DNA of 64,000 bases from Neoconidiobolus thromboides FSU 785 (Eukaryota > Fungi > Entomophthoromycota): positions 1 through 64,000 of the forward strand of contig MU626328.1 in assembly GCA_025603075.1 (NCBI GenBank), in the 5' to 3' direction. Of this stretch, positions 62,304-64,000 are shown one piece after another. The translations under genes were made by a program, and so were the position numbers. Each line of letters starts with the position of its first letter. Within the stretch, counting starts at the first letter, position 1. The notes beneath the pieces were generated by a model. That model ran no database searches, had not been told where the DNA came from, and was given only the letters and a program-made list of their open reading frames with translations.

Positions 62304-62407
62304 ATATGGAGATGTTTTTTTAGTTTCATTACTTTTCTATTTTTTAAGGACTATTTGAGTAGAAAGATTGTTAGTAAAATTTTTAAACGAAAAAACATAT
62401 CCTTATA
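62304..62407 (-). mobile_element. ~105-bp MITE-like element
   Basis: ATATGGAGATGTTTTTTTAG...AAAAAACATATCCTTATAT. Confidence 0.8.
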
Positions 62408-62475
62408 TTTAAAAAAATACATAGCTCTTTTTAATTACGATTTTAGCTTGTTTTTATCATTTTTTATACTCTAAA

Positions 62476-64000
62476 ATGGATCTCAATAATCCATTATTAT
62501 TACAACTTATTGAATTATTAAATCAAATTGAATTAAATCAACAAACAAAATTAGATACTGATAAATTAAAGTGTTACAATAGATATCATGAAGATATTAA
62601 AAAAGGTTTGAAAGTAATATTTACGATAAGGCTAATAAATAATATTTAATAATTTAGAATTAATAATAAAAAAACAAAAATCAGTTGAAGAAGAATTAAT
62701 TTTATTTATATTAAACAATAAATTATATGAAACAGAGGAATTGGAGGTTATGCTCATGGTATGTTATGTTACTATTAATAGTATTTGAGATTATTTAAAG
62801 TTCATTATTTTTTTAATAGGATAATTTATCGTTGATATTAGTTATATTAAAAATGGAATTAAACTTAGTCATTAATCACATAAATTATTGTAATGTATTA
62901 TATTTACTTTGTTACATTAAAAATGAAAAGAATGAAAGTAAGTTAAATTACTGATTTATTCTATATTAAATAATAATACATTATTTTTGTTTATTTTATT
63001 ATAGAAATATTTAAAAAAAAGATTATAACATATTTAATTGATTTACTACTTCAAAAAAGTAATAATCCTTATCAACGACAATTTGGAATAATAACATTAA
63101 TATTTATGTATCAATGTAATTCTTCATTTTTAAAAGAATATGTAGATAATGAATTTATTATTCAACTTAAAAAAGTAAATTATTAATTTAATAGTTTAAT
63201 AATTTAATATTAATTAGACTGTTTTTATATAGATTTACAAACAAGAAGAAGGATTAATAGAATTGAAGCAATTAATTATAGATTTTGGTAGAATGTCAGA
63301 ATATATTGAGTTTTATACAGATTCAACCGGTATGAAAGTAATAGATTATTTAGACGTTTTAAATAAATTAATTATAAATAATAACAATTCATTATTTTTA
63401 ACAAATGATATTAAAAAGGTATAATTAATGATATTTCAAATTCCAATTATTGTTTATGTTTAATTCAATAGTTTATTAAAAAAATAAATGAAGATCAATA
63501 TAAAAATAGAATATATGAATGGATAATATTTATGTAATAATCTAACATATTCAAATTATAATATATTAATTATAATATATATATATATTATTAGGATGAA
63601 ATTAAAATTAATAGAATTTCCAGGATTGTATGAAAATACTTGGTTTCAATTGAAAACTATGATGAAGTCAACGGAGTTAAAGGTAAGTTATAATTTATTA
63701 TAAGTTTATTTATGATAGTCAAATTTATATTTACATTAATTGTAGTCAATTAATATTAATGAAGAATATATTCAACCCTTTCAATCTATTTATAGCCATT
63801 TTTTATATTGGTTAGAACAATGTGAAGAGTGGAATTTCAATGAAAAACAAAAGTTTATTAATGATAAAGTAAAAACTTATCTCTCAATATCTTATTAATT
63901 ATTTTGTTAATTATTTTATTAAAGCTATTGAATTTGAACCAAAAGTCCATTATTATTCCTAAAAATAGATTTTTGAAAGATAAAGATAATATTGAATTAG
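62476..64000 (+). CDS. Partial multi-exon hypothetical helical protein, extremely AT-rich
   Basis: Exon-like blocks bounded by GT/AG (MDLNNPLLLQLIELL..., YLIDLLLQKSNNPYQRQFG..., IYKQEEGLIELKQLIIDFGRM..., MKLKLIEFPGLYENTWF); one apparent in-frame TAG at ~63468. Confidence 0.5.

Noticed and set aside
257-62407. MITE repeats as a CRISPR array or prokaryotic REP system
   Set aside because: Copies are dispersed in both orientations, ~105 bp long, without regular spacers or cas genes, in a eukaryotic context.

Overview
Very AT-rich eukaryotic DNA with short (~45-60 nt) GT-AG introns. A Zn2Cys6 transcription factor marks it as fungal. The composition and F-box/LRR repertoire suggest an early-diverging lineage such as Zoopagomycota/Conidiobolus-like; this is inference, not a database result. 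Intact genes: Puf4-type PUF protein with an extra CCCH finger, sugar porter, secreted S41 peptidase, peroxisomal alpha/beta hydrolase, PRP5, a membrane-anchored hypothetical, Zn2Cys6 TF, HRT3/FBXO9, mitochondrial thioredoxin, ARH1, a small two-finger zinc protein, a paraoxonase-like propeller, CHD1, an acidic repeat protein, PMT2-like mannosyltransferase, PRE9, a partial unknown gene, tRNA-Gln(TTG) and tRNA-Val(CAC). Three things are absent from the ORF track. (1) A ~105-bp hairpin-forming MITE-like family (ATAT-GGG...CCC-ATAT) with about 21 copies, clustered near tRNA-Gln and in dead genes. (2) Two copies of a ~464-bp TG...CA solo-LTR-like element. (3) A 27.9-42.7 kb zone of decayed local duplicates: three thioredoxin copies that all lost WCGPC, two F-box/LRR copies and one S41 copy. 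All coordinates, translations and alignments were done by eye; ends of degraded features are approximate.
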